DNA of 64,000 bases from Lysobacter sp. (GCA_019634715.1 JAHCAU010000012.1:47491-111490); one strand, 5' to 3'. Counted from the first letter of the stretch, positions 19,692 through 30,500 are shown. Numbers and translations are program-made. Notes: generated from the letters alone by a model not told the origin.

Positions 19692-21413
19692 ATGCCAGCT
19701 GCGCTCACTCATCCGGGCGTCTACGTCGAGGAAATCCCCAGCGGCGTGCGGACCATCACAGGCGTCTCGACCTCGATCACGGCCTTCATCGGCAGGGCCA
19801 CGCGCGGACCGGTGAACAAGGCGACCGTGGTCAACGGTTTCGGCGATTTCGAAACCCGCTTCGGCAGTCTGTCGAACGATTCCGCGCTCGGTTTCGCGGT
19901 GCGCGATTTCTTCCTCAACGGCGGCAGCCAGGCGGTGATCGTGCGCCTGTATCGTGCCGAAACAGCCAACATTCCCAATTCCAATCCGCCCGCGCCCCCC
20001 GTGGCGAAGCGGACATTCAGCGTCGGCGACCTCGACTTCATCGCGGCGAGCGAAGGGCGCTGGGGCAACGGGCTGCGGGTCGCGGTCGACCTGGACAACA
20101 TCACCGACGCCGCTGCGCTCACGCTGGGCGTGGCCAAGTCCGCACTGTTCAACCTGAGCGTGCGCGATGCCGCGACCGGACGGTCGGAGCGCTACCTCAA
20201 TCTCACCGCCATCGAGAGTCCGCGCCGCGTCGATCGCGTGCTGGCCGAAGGCTCCACGCTGATCCGCTACGACGGCGCGCCCGAGGGCACCGAATCCATC
20301 GCCGCGGGCAAGGATGCCTTGAGCGCGCTGGAAGACACGCTCGCGGCGAAGAAGAAGGCGCTGAGCGACGCACGCAATGCCGGACAGCCGGATCTGTCCG
20401 ACGAGATCGCGGACGTCGCCACGGCGCAGACCGCGCTCGACGACGCGCTCAATGCTGCGGCGAAAGCCGTCTCCGACGGTCTGCCGCTGGCGGTGGGCGA
20501 CTTCCTGCCCGCCAACGGCGAAAGCGAGAAGAAGGGCCTCTATGCGCTCGAGCAGACGGATCTCTTCAACCTGCTCTGCATCCCGCCCTATCGTGGATCG
20601 AACGACACCGTCGATGTGGACGTCGGCGTGATCTCCGCCGCCGCCGCCTACTGCGAAAAACGCCGCGCGATGCTGCTGGTCGATGCGCCGAAGCCGTGGA
20701 CCAGCAAGGACAAGGCGCGCGAGGGCTTCACCGACGCCGACAACGACAACGTCGGCACCCGCAGCCGCAATGCCGCGCTGTTCTTCCCGCGCCTGAGTCT
20801 GCCCAACCCGCTGCGCGACAACCAGTACGAAACCTTCGCCGCCTGCGGCGCGGTCGCCGGCGTGTTCGCGCGCACCGATGCGACGCGCGGCGTGTGGAAG
20901 GCGCCGGCCGGTCTCGACGCCACCCTGGTCGGCGTGCCGAAGCTGTCGGTGCCGCTGACCGACGCCGAGAACGGCGAACTCAACCCGCACGGCATCAACT
21001 GCCTGCGCGCGCTGCCGGCGAGCGGGCGGGTGGTCTGGGGTTCGCGCACGCTGCGCGGTTCGGACCAGCTGGCCGACGAGTACAAGTACGTGCCGGTGCG
21101 GCGGACCGCGCTGTTCATCGAGGAAAGCCTGTACCGAGGCCTGCAGTGGGCGGTGTTCGAACCCAACGACGAGCCGCTGTGGGCACAGATCCGGCTCAAC
21201 GTCGGCGCGTTCATGCACAACCTGTTCCGGCAGGGCGCGTTCCAGGGCAGTTCGCCGCGCGACGCCTACTTCGTGCGCTGCGACAAGGAGACCACGACCC
21301 AGAACGACATCAACCTCGGCATCGTCAATGTCGTGGTCGGTTTCGCGCCGCTGAAGCCGGCGGAATTCGTGGTCCTGAAGCTGCAGCAGATCGCCGGCCA
21401 GATCGACGTCTGA
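19692..21413 (+). CDS. Contractile tail sheath protein (Afp2/3/4-like)
   Basis: N-terminal HPGVYVEEIPSGVRTITGVSTSITAFIG, GVWKAPAG, YVPVRR, WAVFEPNDEPLW and VGFAPLKPAEFV. Confidence 0.96.
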   Translation: MPAALTHPGVYVEEIPSGVRTITGVSTSITAFIGRATRGPVNKATVVNGFGDFETRFGSLSNDSALGFAVRDFFLNGGSQAVIVRLYRAETANIPNSNPPAPPVAKRTFSVGDLDFIAASEGRWGNGLRVAVDLDNITDAAALTLGVAKSALFNLSVRDAATGRSERYLNLTAIESPRRVDRVLAEGSTLIRYDGAPEGTESIAAGKDALSALEDTLAAKKKALSDARNAGQPDLSDEIADVATAQTALDDALNAAAKAVSDGLPLAVGDFLPANGESEKKGLYALEQTDLFNLLCIPPYRGSNDTVDVDVGVISAAAAYCEKRRAMLLVDAPKPWTSKDKAREGFTDADNDNVGTRSRNAALFFPRLSLPNPLRDNQYETFAACGAVAGVFARTDATRGVWKAPAGLDATLVGVPKLSVPLTDAENGELNPHGINCLRALPASGRVVWGSRTLRGSDQLADEYKYVPVRRTALFIEESLYRGLQWAVFEPNDEPLWAQIRLNVGAFMHNLFRQGAFQGSSPRDAYFVRCDKETTTQNDINLGIVNVVVGFAPLKPAEFVVLKLQQIAGQIDV

Positions 21414-21456
21414 GCCCCCACGCACGGTATCCCGATCAGGTGACGGAGACACATCC

Positions 21457-21981
21457 ATGGCCCAGTTCACAGTCAACGCGCAGCGCTTCGACCCGTACAA
21501 GAACTTCAAGTTCAGGGTCAAGTGGGACAACAAGTACGTGGCCGGCGTCAGCAAGGTCAGCGCGCTCAAGCGGACCACCGAGGTGGTCAAGCATCGCGAC
21601 GGCGGCGATCCCAGCAGCAGTCGCAAATCGCCGGGGCGCACCGAGTTCGAAGCGATCACGCTCGAACGCGGGGTGACCCACGACAAGGAGTTCGAGCAGT
21701 GGGCGAACAAGGTCTGGAATTTCGGTTCCGGCCTGGGTTCGGAAACCTCGCTCAAGGACTTCCGCAAGGACCTCATCATCGAGGTCTACAACGAAGCCGG
21801 CCAGCTGGCGATCGCCTACAAGGTCTATCGTTGCTGGGTGTCCGAGTTCCAGGCGCTGCCCGATCTCGACGCCAACGCCAATGCGGTGGCGATCCAGCAC
21901 CTCAAGCTCGAGAACGAGGGCTGGGAGCGCGACACGGAGGTCGCGGAACCGGCCGAGCCGACCTTCACCGAGCCGGCCTGA
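21457..21981 (+). CDS. Tail tube protein (T4 gp19 / Afp1-like)
   Basis: RFDPYKNFKFRVKW...KSPGRTEFEAITLERG...VAIQHLKLENEGWER. Confidence 0.95.
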   Translation: MAQFTVNAQRFDPYKNFKFRVKWDNKYVAGVSKVSALKRTTEVVKHRDGGDPSSSRKSPGRTEFEAITLERGVTHDKEFEQWANKVWNFGSGLGSETSLKDFRKDLIIEVYNEAGQLAIAYKVYRCWVSEFQALPDLDANANAVAIQHLKLENEGWERDTEVAEPAEPTFTEPA

Positions 21982-22000
21982 GCCGGGCGCGCGGGGACGC

Positions 22001-22768
22001 ATGAGCACGGGCATCGCATCCGGGCTCGCCGGGCCGGCCATCGCCGAGGCGCTGCTGCACGCATGGGAGACCCTGCGCCAGGCGGGTCCGATCGAGCGCG
22101 CCATCGGCCTGCTCGACGCGGTCTGGCCGGAGCACGGCCGCGATCGCTGGCGTGCATTGAGCATCGGCGATCGCGATGCCTGCCTGTTCCTGCTGCAGGC
22201 ATCGCTGTTCGGGGAGGAGCTGAAGACCGTAGCGACCTGTCCGGCCTGCGGCGAACGACTGGAATCGAGCTTCGCCGCAGGTGCCGCCTGTCCGTCCCCG
22301 ACGCACTGGCCGCAGCCGCGCGAACCGCAGCAGCTCGATCACGGGCCCTGGCGCATCCGCTATCGGCTGCCGAGCAGCGACGACCTGATGTCGTCGTCGG
22401 GCGACGACGACGGAGGCGATCCGGTCGCGTCCCTGCTGCGCCGCTGCGTGCTGGCGGCGGAGCGCGACGGTCGCGCGCACAACGCGGCGCAACTGCCCGA
22501 CGAGGTGCGTCGCCGCATCGGCGACGCGATGTCGGAACACGATCCGGTCGCCGATCTGCGCGTGGGCGTGACCTGCCCGGCCTGCGGCCACGCGTGGTCG
22601 GCCGCGCTCGACATCGTCGCCTACGTCTGGGAGGAACTCGACGACTGGGCGCAGGACCTGCTGGCGGAAGTGCACGTACTCGCCCGCCATTACGCCTGGA
22701 GCGAACGCGACATCCTCGCGCTGTCGCCGGTCCGGCGGCGTTTCTACCTCGACCTGCTGCAGGCCTGA
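22001..22768 (+). CDS. Tail assembly chaperone / baseplate-associated protein with two CxxC motifs
   Basis: LSIGDRD...TCPACGE, TCPACGH and C-terminal LARHYAWSERDILALSPVRRRFYL. Position directly after the tube gene. Confidence 0.7.
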   Translation: MSTGIASGLAGPAIAEALLHAWETLRQAGPIERAIGLLDAVWPEHGRDRWRALSIGDRDACLFLLQASLFGEELKTVATCPACGERLESSFAAGAACPSPTHWPQPREPQQLDHGPWRIRYRLPSSDDLMSSSGDDDGGDPVASLLRRCVLAAERDGRAHNAAQLPDEVRRRIGDAMSEHDPVADLRVGVTCPACGHAWSAALDIVAYVWEELDDWAQDLLAEVHVLARHYAWSERDILALSPVRRRFYLDLLQA

Positions 22769-22779
22769 TCGCGGAGGCG

Positions 22780-23694
22780 ATGACGACCGACATGACGACG
22801 CGCGCCGCCCCTTCCTTCCTCGACCGCCTCGTCGCTCGCGCCACGCCTGCACAGCATGCGGATGCGCCGGTCCTCGAACGCCGTCGTCCCGGCCTGTTCG
22901 AGCCGCGCGGCGGCGCGATGCCGTCCGTGCCGGTCGGCGAGGCCACGGAAGACATCGCGGTGTCGCCCACGGTGCCGCATGCCGCACCGATGCCCGTTCC
23001 GCCGCTGCAGTCCGTGCATGCGCATGCGCCATCGCCTGCCGCCGCGGTCGTCGCGATGGCGTCGACCGCGGCGTCGCCATCGCCTGCGATTCCGGTGCCG
23101 CCGCGACTGTCGTCGCCGCCCGCGCCGCTGCCGACGGCGAGCGAACCGCCGTCTTCGCCGTCGCCAATCGAACACGCACCGTCACCACGTCGCGCCGCGC
23201 CGTCGCATGAGGCCGCGCCATGGCCTGCGCCATCCATGCGCGCGGTCGCACGGACGCAGGCCGACGACATGCCCGGGCCACCGCGCGCGCCGCAGGATGC
23301 ACCGCCGCCGCAGGTCCGCATCGAGCGCAGCGTGCATGTGGAAAGCCGCACGCACGAACACGTGGTCGAATCGCGCATCGAACCGCCCCCCTCGCCGCTG
23401 CATGCGCCCGCACCTCCGGCGCCCACTGCGCCCATGTCGATACCGACGATGCCGGTGCCGCCGCGCATCGCACGCGTGGAGGCGGCACCGAGCGCGGTCG
23501 CGCATCCGGGGCGCACCGCGCTGCATGCGCCCGCGCCGCGCGCGTCGATGTCTCCGGCACCGGTGCAGGTCAGCATCGGTCGCATCGAGATCCGGGCGCA
23601 GGGCGGCACGCCCGCGACGGCGCGCAAGACCGCGTCGGCGGCGCCGCGGCTGGGCCTGGACGATTACCTCCGTCAGCGGCATGGGAGCGGATGA
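22780..23694 (+). CDS. Pro/Ala-rich eCIS protein with conserved-looking termini
   Basis: GGAGG RBS. N-terminal SFLDRLVAR and C-terminal PVQVSIGRIEIRA...LGLDDYLRQR flank a low-complexity core. The stop overlaps the next start (ATGA). Confidence 0.7.
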   Translation: MTTDMTTRAAPSFLDRLVARATPAQHADAPVLERRRPGLFEPRGGAMPSVPVGEATEDIAVSPTVPHAAPMPVPPLQSVHAHAPSPAAAVVAMASTAASPSPAIPVPPRLSSPPAPLPTASEPPSSPSPIEHAPSPRRAAPSHEAAPWPAPSMRAVARTQADDMPGPPRAPQDAPPPQVRIERSVHVESRTHEHVVESRIEPPPSPLHAPAPPAPTAPMSIPTMPVPPRIARVEAAPSAVAHPGRTALHAPAPRASMSPAPVQVSIGRIEIRAQGGTPATARKTASAAPRLGLDDYLRQRHGSG

Positions 23695-24980
23695 TGAGCA
23701 ACGCCCTCGCGATCGCCGCGGTGACCGCCGCGCTGAAGGACCTGATCGGCACCGGACTGCTCGGTCTGGACCTGTCCGCGATCGGCAGCGTCAACGTCAG
23801 TGCGCTGCCGCCGGACCGCATCGCGACCGGGCAGACCGAGCCCAACCAGCTCAACTGGTTCCTCTACCAGGTCACGCCGAACAGCGGCTGGCGCAACCAG
23901 ATGCTGCCGGCGCGCGACCTCGGCGGTGCGCGCGTGAGCAATCCGCCGCTCGCGCTCGATCTGCACTACCTGCTGACCGCGTACGGCGCGGAGGATCTCG
24001 GCGCGGAAGCGCTGCTCGGCTTCGCGATGCAGTTCCTGCACGAAATGCCGATGCTGAGCCGTGCCCAGCTGCGCGCGGTGCTGGGTCCGCCGAATCCGCC
24101 GTTCGGCAATCTCTCGGCGCTGAGCATCGCCGACCAGATCGAGTGGCTGAAGATCACGCCGATGTACCTCGGGTCCGAAGAGCTGTCGAAGCTGTGGACC
24201 GCGATGCAGGCGCGCTATCGCCCGTCGATGGCCTACCAGGTTTCGGTGGTGCTGATCGAACCGGACACGCCGGCGCGCGCGCCGTTGCCGGTGCTCAAGC
24301 GCGGCGCGGCCGATCGCGGTCCGCATGCGATGGGATCACTCGGGCCGCTGCTGACGCGGGCGCGTCCGGCGACCTCGGAACTGTTGCCGTCCGCACGGCT
24401 GGGCGACGAGTTGTTGCTGATCGGCAGCCGCCTGTCGCTGGCCGACGCCAGCGTGCGCCTCGAGCACAGCCGCAGGGAAACGCCGCCGCGCGAGCTCGCG
24501 CCGACCGCGCTGGACAGCCCCAACGCGATGCGCGTGCCGTTGCCGGATGCGGGCGACGCGGGCGCGCTGGCCGAATGGAGTCCGGGGCTCTACACGGCCC
24601 GCATCCGCACTGCGCCCGCGGGGCTGCCGGCGATCCAGAGCAATGCCGTGCCGCTGGTGCTGTCGCCGACGATCCTGGTGTCGCCGCTCGCCGCCGCGCC
24701 GGGCGACTTCACCCTGACCGTCGAATGCCGGCCGCGGCTGCTCGCATCGCAGCACGCCGGCGTGCGCTTGCTGTTCGGCGCCCGTGAAGTCGCGGCCGAC
24801 AGCATCGACACGCCCGCCGACGAGACCCTGCCGACGACGCTGACCTTCGAGGTCGCGGATGCGGCGGCCGGCAGCCATCCGGTGCGCCTGCGGGTGGACG
24901 GCATCGACAGCCTGCCGGTGCAGCTCGCGGCGAACGGCACGCTCGATTTCGACCCGCAGCAGACCGTCGTGGTCGCGTGA
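23691..24980 (+). CDS. DUF4255 (Afp16/Pvc16 tail terminator/cap) protein with a C-terminal Ig-like extension
   Basis: MSNALAIAAVTAAL, LNWFLYQVTPN, LDLHYLLTAYG, LSKLW and YRPSMAYQVSVVLI, followed by about 210 aa of beta-sandwich-like sequence. Confidence 0.85.
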   Translation: MMSNALAIAAVTAALKDLIGTGLLGLDLSAIGSVNVSALPPDRIATGQTEPNQLNWFLYQVTPNSGWRNQMLPARDLGGARVSNPPLALDLHYLLTAYGAEDLGAEALLGFAMQFLHEMPMLSRAQLRAVLGPPNPPFGNLSALSIADQIEWLKITPMYLGSEELSKLWTAMQARYRPSMAYQVSVVLIEPDTPARAPLPVLKRGAADRGPHAMGSLGPLLTRARPATSELLPSARLGDELLLIGSRLSLADASVRLEHSRRETPPRELAPTALDSPNAMRVPLPDAGDAGALAEWSPGLYTARIRTAPAGLPAIQSNAVPLVLSPTILVSPLAAAPGDFTLTVECRPRLLASQHAGVRLLFGAREVAADSIDTPADETLPTTLTFEVADAAAGSHPVRLRVDGIDSLPVQLAANGTLDFDPQQTVVVA

Positions 24981-24999
24981 CGACAGGAACGAGGATCCC

Positions 25000-27126
25000 A
25001 TGCTCGACGCCGCCCACACCGAAGCCGAACACTGGAGCGAAGCGAACAACCGCTATCTGTCGGCGTCGCTGCACTGGCTGCGTCTGCGCTTGCGCCAGCT
25101 CGCCGCGGCCTCGCCACCGCCGTCTGCGACGATGGTGCCGGCCATGGCATCGACTGCGGCGACCACAGGCGCATCGCGGGGTGTCGCGCGCTGGTTCGCG
25201 CGCCAGGCGCCGGCGGTCGTGTCGGTCGCCACGCCGACCGCGCCGGCCGTCGATCCGGACGCCGATCGGGCGGCGCTCGCCCAGGCGGCCCTTGCCAATG
25301 AAATCGACGCGGCGGCGGCCGAGCGCGCGCAGGCCGCGCAGATCGAACCCGCACCGGCGCTGCTGCTGCTCGCGGAGCAGCTCGGCCTCGGCCCGTTCGA
25401 AACCGACATCCTGCTGCTCTGCGCGGCGATGGAGCTGGATCCTTCGACGCCCGGTGCGATCGTGGCGGCGCAGGGCGGTGGCGGCTATCCGAATTTCGCG
25501 CTCGCGATGCAGTTGTTCGATCACCCCGCGTGGGATGCGCTCGCGCCGCAGCGTCCGCTGCGCTGGTTGCGCCTGATCGAGATCAACCAGCCGGGCGCCA
25601 CGCCACTGACCGCCGCCGCACTGCGCGTGGACGAACGCGTCGTGAATTTCATCAAGGGCCTCAATCTGTTCGATGAGCGGCTCTCGAGCCTGGTGTCGCG
25701 TCGCGGCGCGCCGCCGCCGATCTCCGAGACCCAGATCGGACAGGCCGACAGGCTGCTCGGGGTGCTGCGCGAACACGAAGATGCCGCGCTGCCGGTGCTG
25801 CAACTGGTCGGCGCCGATCGCGGCAGCCGCCAGGGGATCGCCGCGCATGTCGCCGCCGCGCTCGGCCGGCACCTGCATGTGCTGCCGCTGGAATCGCTGC
25901 CGGTGCAGCGCGCCGAGGTCGACGCCTTCGCGCGGCTGTGGCAGCGCGAGAGCCTGTTGCTGCCGATCGCGCTGTACGTCGAGGCCGACGGGCTGGACGC
26001 CGCGCATGCCGAAGCGAACGCCGCGCTGCAGGGCCTGCTCGCGCAGGCGCCCGGGCTGGTGTTCGTCGGCCTGCGCGAAACGCCGCTGCGCATCAGCGCG
26101 GCGCAATGGGTGATCGACGTATCGCTGCCGTCGCCGCAGGAGCAGCATGCGGCCTGGCATGAGGCGCTTCCGCCCACGCTCGACGTCGACGACAGGAACC
26201 GGCGTGCCGAAGCGCTCTCGGGCCATTTCCGCCTCAACCTCGAACAGATCCGTATCGCCGCGGCGACGGCGCGCAGGCACGGCAGCGACGTCTGGGACGA
26301 ATGCCGGGACCTGAGCCTGTCGCGTCTGGACGCGCTCGCGCAGCGACTCGATGCCAAGGCGCGCTGGGACGACCTGGTCGTCGGCGAAGAAGCCGCCGCG
26401 CTGCTGCGCAGCATCGCCGGGCAGGTGCACGAACGCCATCGCGTCTACCAGCAGTGGGGCTATGCCGAGCGCATGAACCGCGGCATGGGCATCAGCGCGC
26501 TGTTCGCGGGCGAGAGCGGCACCGGCAAGACCATGGCGGCGGAAGTGATCGCGAACGAACTGCGCATGCACCTGTACCGCATCGACCTGTCGTCGGTGGT
26601 CAGCAAATACATCGGTGAGACCGAGAAGAACCTGCGCCGGCTGTTCGATGCCGCCGAGCAGGGCGGGGCGATCCTGTTCTTCGACGAAGCCGATGCCCTG
26701 TTCGGCAAGCGCAGCGAGGTCAAGGACAGCCACGACCGCTACGCCAACATCGAGATCAACTACCTGCTGCAGCGCATGGAGGCGTTTTCGGGCCTGGCGA
26801 TCCTGGCCACCAACATGAAGTCCGCGCTCGACGCCGCGTTCATGCGCCGCCTGCGCTTCGTGGTGAACTTCCAGTTCCCGGGGCCTCAGGAGCGCGCGCG
26901 GATCTGGCGCAACGCCTTCGCGCCGGGCGTGCCGCGCGAAACGCTCGACTACGACCGCCTCGCCCGCTTCGGCCTGTCGGGCGGCAACATCCACGGCATC
27001 GCGCTCAACGCCGCCTTCGCCGCCGCGCATGCAGGCGGCGTCGTGACGATGCCGCTGCTGCTGTCGACCATCCGCGCCGAATTGCGCAAGCTCGACAAGC
27101 CGGTGAACGAGGCGGAGTTCCGATGA
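25000..27126 (+). CDS. eCIS AAA+ ATPase (Afp15/Pvc15-like)
   Basis: Walker A GESGTGKT, LYRIDLSSVVSKYIGETEKNL, Walker B LFFDEAD, YANIEINYLLQRME and FMRRLRF. Confidence 0.95.
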   Translation: MLDAAHTEAEHWSEANNRYLSASLHWLRLRLRQLAAASPPPSATMVPAMASTAATTGASRGVARWFARQAPAVVSVATPTAPAVDPDADRAALAQAALANEIDAAAAERAQAAQIEPAPALLLLAEQLGLGPFETDILLLCAAMELDPSTPGAIVAAQGGGGYPNFALAMQLFDHPAWDALAPQRPLRWLRLIEINQPGATPLTAAALRVDERVVNFIKGLNLFDERLSSLVSRRGAPPPISETQIGQADRLLGVLREHEDAALPVLQLVGADRGSRQGIAAHVAAALGRHLHVLPLESLPVQRAEVDAFARLWQRESLLLPIALYVEADGLDAAHAEANAALQGLLAQAPGLVFVGLRETPLRISAAQWVIDVSLPSPQEQHAAWHEALPPTLDVDDRNRRAEALSGHFRLNLEQIRIAAATARRHGSDVWDECRDLSLSRLDALAQRLDAKARWDDLVVGEEAAALLRSIAGQVHERHRVYQQWGYAERMNRGMGISALFAGESGTGKTMAAEVIANELRMHLYRIDLSSVVSKYIGETEKNLRRLFDAAEQGGAILFFDEADALFGKRSEVKDSHDRYANIEINYLLQRMEAFSGLAILATNMKSALDAAFMRRLRFVVNFQFPGPQERARIWRNAFAPGVPRETLDYDRLARFGLSGGNIHGIALNAAFAAAHAGGVVTMPLLLSTIRAELRKLDKPVNEAEFR

Positions 27127-27569
27127 TCCGACCGGACGCCGTCGGCACCCTGCAGCGACGCGCAACGCCACGCGCGCGGACAGCCGCGCCGGCGCCCGCG
27201 ACGATTGCGGCACCGACGGCGCATGCTTCGCTACCGGGCATCGTGCGCGAACCGACCATGTCGCCGACGGACGCGGGCACCGGCACGCCGCCGGCGCGTG
27301 CGGGGTCGTTGCGCATGCGGATCGAGCGCATCACCTTCGAGAACATCGATGTGCCATCGCACCAGCAGGCCAGGCTCCACGGCGCGATCGAGCAGGAACT
27401 GGCCAGACTCTGGCGCATGCGCGAGCGTGCACCGGAGGCGGGCGAGCGCGAACGCGTGCGTGGAGGCGGCCTGCGCGTGGGCGGCGCGATCGATGTCGAC
27501 GCCATGGCGGCCGAGATCGCGCACAGCGTGCATGCCAGCCTGGACGCAGGGCAGGGCGCGGGCGCATGA
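27123..27569 (+). CDS. Small hypothetical eCIS protein
   Basis: ATGA-coupled at both ends. LRMRIERITFENI...LHGAIEQELARL...MAAEIAHSVHASL. Confidence 0.65.
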   Translation: MIRPDAVGTLQRRATPRARTAAPAPATIAAPTAHASLPGIVREPTMSPTDAGTGTPPARAGSLRMRIERITFENIDVPSHQQARLHGAIEQELARLWRMRERAPEAGERERVRGGGLRVGGAIDVDAMAAEIAHSVHASLDAGQGAGA

Positions 27570-30500
27570 ACCAGCGTGCCGCCACCATCGCGCGCCCCGC
27601 GCCTGCGACCGCGAACCCGCCCGCCGCGCGCGCCCGTGCCGTGCCTGCGGATGCGCGTGCCGACGAGCGCGCGCGGAACGGCGCCATGGGCCGGGAAGAT
27701 CGTGGCGACGCGGACCCCGCGCCAGCACCGCCGCCGACCGTTCCCCTGCGGCCGCTGCGTGCGGACGAGTCCTCGCCGATCGATTTCAGCCGCGTCGCGA
27801 ACCACGGCGCGCGCATCGAAGACGCCGACGCCGCGCGCGCGCGCCTGACGCACAGTTTGCTGATGGAACTCGCGCCCGCGCTGGGCCTGGATCTGTCGCG
27901 GGTGCGGATCACGGTGACGCAGGCCGGCGGTGCGCGCATCGAGGCGCGCGGCGCGTCGGCGCTGCAGGACGGCGATGAAGTCCTGCTGCATCCATCGCGC
28001 TATCGCCCGCAGTCGGATCCCGGGCGCTACCTGCTCGCGCACGAACTGGCCCATGTCGCGCAGCGTTCGCTGACCGGGATGCCCATCCGCCGCGATGCAG
28101 ATGCGCAGGCGCGGGCGGCGGAAGCCGAAGCCGTGCGGCTCGGCGAAGATGTCGTGGCGCGGCGCATGCCGCGGCGTCCGAGGATCGCGCTGCGCACGGT
28201 CCGCGTCGCCGCCGACACCGGCGAAGCGGCGCTGGCCGTGCCGCCGATGGTCGAGTCGGTCAAGACCAGCCGGTCGCGCGAACTGGCGATCATCAAGGGC
28301 GCGCTCGGTGGCTGGTGGGTGTCCGACGGCGACGTGTTCACGGTCATGCGCATCCTCGACACCGTCAGCTTCCCGGTGGCGGTGGCGATGGTGTCCGCAT
28401 TGGATCGCGACGAGCGCTACTGGCTGGCCGACAACATCAATCCGCCGCACATGTACCGGCACCGGCGCTCCGTGCTCGCAGCGTATCAGGCGCTGGAGCC
28501 CGGGCGATTCGATGCGATCGACCTGAAGGTTCTGCGTGCGCTGCCGGATCGCGGACTGGAGCTGGACGAGCGCGAAGCGGCGATCTACACGCTGAAGAAC
28601 CTCTCTCGCGGCGATCTCGACGAACTGCTGGCCTCCGAAAAGGGCGATGCCATCGCGCGGCTGATCGGCACGCCGAATCTGAACCCGGAGCAGGCGAAGC
28701 GGCGGATCGAGGCGGAGAAGCTGGCCGCGAAGGAAGAGGCCGATCTGGCGAAGAAGCGCGAGCGGATCCTCGCGCTGCAGAAGGACGAAGGCGTCGAAGC
28801 CATCGTCGACGTGGTGTCCCGGCAGCTGTCCGCGCCGCGCGACGACCAGGGCGAGCCGCGACTGCCGCACGGGGGCGATGCGGTCGCGGTGGTCGAACTG
28901 CTCGCGCGGCATACCGCGGAGCAGGACCGCTTCCTCGCGATCGCCGAACGCATGCAGGCGAAGGGCCTGATCGACACGCTGCTGGAACTGATGCCATCCG
29001 ACCGCTTCTTCGACGCGGACAAGCCGCATTACACCGAAGTGCTGATCGGGCTGGTGCAGTCGCGGCTGCCGATCACGAACGAGAAACTGCTGGAGGATCT
29101 GCTGTCCTACGGCCTGTTCGACTGGGCGATCCGCGATTACGAAGCGCTGTTCGCCTACCGGCTGATCAAGCTGATGCCGATGGCGGCGCAGTACCGCTTC
29201 CGCCAGCGCGACGGCGGCAAGTGGTACCTGCGCCTGCTCGACAACCTTCCGGGCGACCCGGACACCGGCCTGCCGCGCAGCGGTCTGGAAATACGCAAGG
29301 CGGAGAGCCGCGAAGAACTCGACCGGATGCGCGCGCTCGGCGCGACGACCGAGACCGTGAAACAGGATGCGCTGCACGAGAAGGACGAGTACTACTACAA
29401 CGCTTCGGAGATCTACGAGAAGAAGCTGCTCGATGCCGGCGCGCAGCAGGTCCTGCAGGACCTGCTGGACGAGTTCGCGAAGGCGCGCAAGGGCATCTTC
29501 CGCGATGCCGAGGCGATCGCGCTGTACGCCAAGGTGGTCGCGCTCGGCCGGGGCACGCTGGAGCGCGGCAAGGAGTCGCCCGGGGACGACCTGCTGCGCG
29601 AGGCCGTGATCCGCGAACTCGACCGCCACGGCTGCATCGAGGAGCTGTTCGGGCAGGTGCCCAACGATTTCCTGTTCGCGGAAGAGAACCGCATCAGCAC
29701 CGTCAAGATCATGCTGTCGCGCGATTCGATGCATGTCCAGGCGCATGCGCGTGATCTGGTCAGCTACGGCTTCACCGACTGGATGGTCAAGGACAACGAG
29801 GCCTACCTGGCCTATCTGTGCGTCAAGGCGCTGCCGGCCGAGGAACGCACCGCCTTCATCGCGGCCAATCCCGACCAATGGGGCCGCATCCAGTCCGAAC
29901 TCCATCCCGATGCGCGCCAGGCGCGCGACATGAACTTCTACATCGGCGACAAGGCCGGCACCGACCGCGCGTCGGTGCTCGCACAGCTGGCCGATGCGAA
30001 GAACTGGACCGCCGAGAACGCGAAGGTCCTCGACAGCCTGCTGCGCATGGCGATGGCGATGACCGAGCACCGCTTCGCATTCGAACGTTCGCAGGAGTTC
30101 AAGGCGGTCGATGTCGAGGCGCTGCAGCCGCTGGTCGAGAAGTACAGGCTGTGGAATCCTGCGCAGGGCCGCGAGGGCTACCGGCCCGAGGACCTGCGGC
30201 AGACGCGCTGGCACGAGGAGGGTCTGGTCCAGTCGCTCAAGAGCCTGTGGGGCGGTCTGGTCACGCTGTGGCGGACCGACATCCTGTTCGTCGACGGCAA
30301 GATCGGCGCGAGAATCGACCTCAACGACGTGCAGGATTTCATGGGGGGCGACCTGATGGGCGCGCGCCTGGCGGACCCGGCCAAGCGCGGCAGTCGCCAG
30401 CCGGGCAACGAGCAGGGCGGTGTCGCCCAGGACGCCAACAAGCTGACCCTGCTGCTCGATCCGGCGTGGTTCGAGGGCAAGGGAAAGTCGGCCGAACTGA

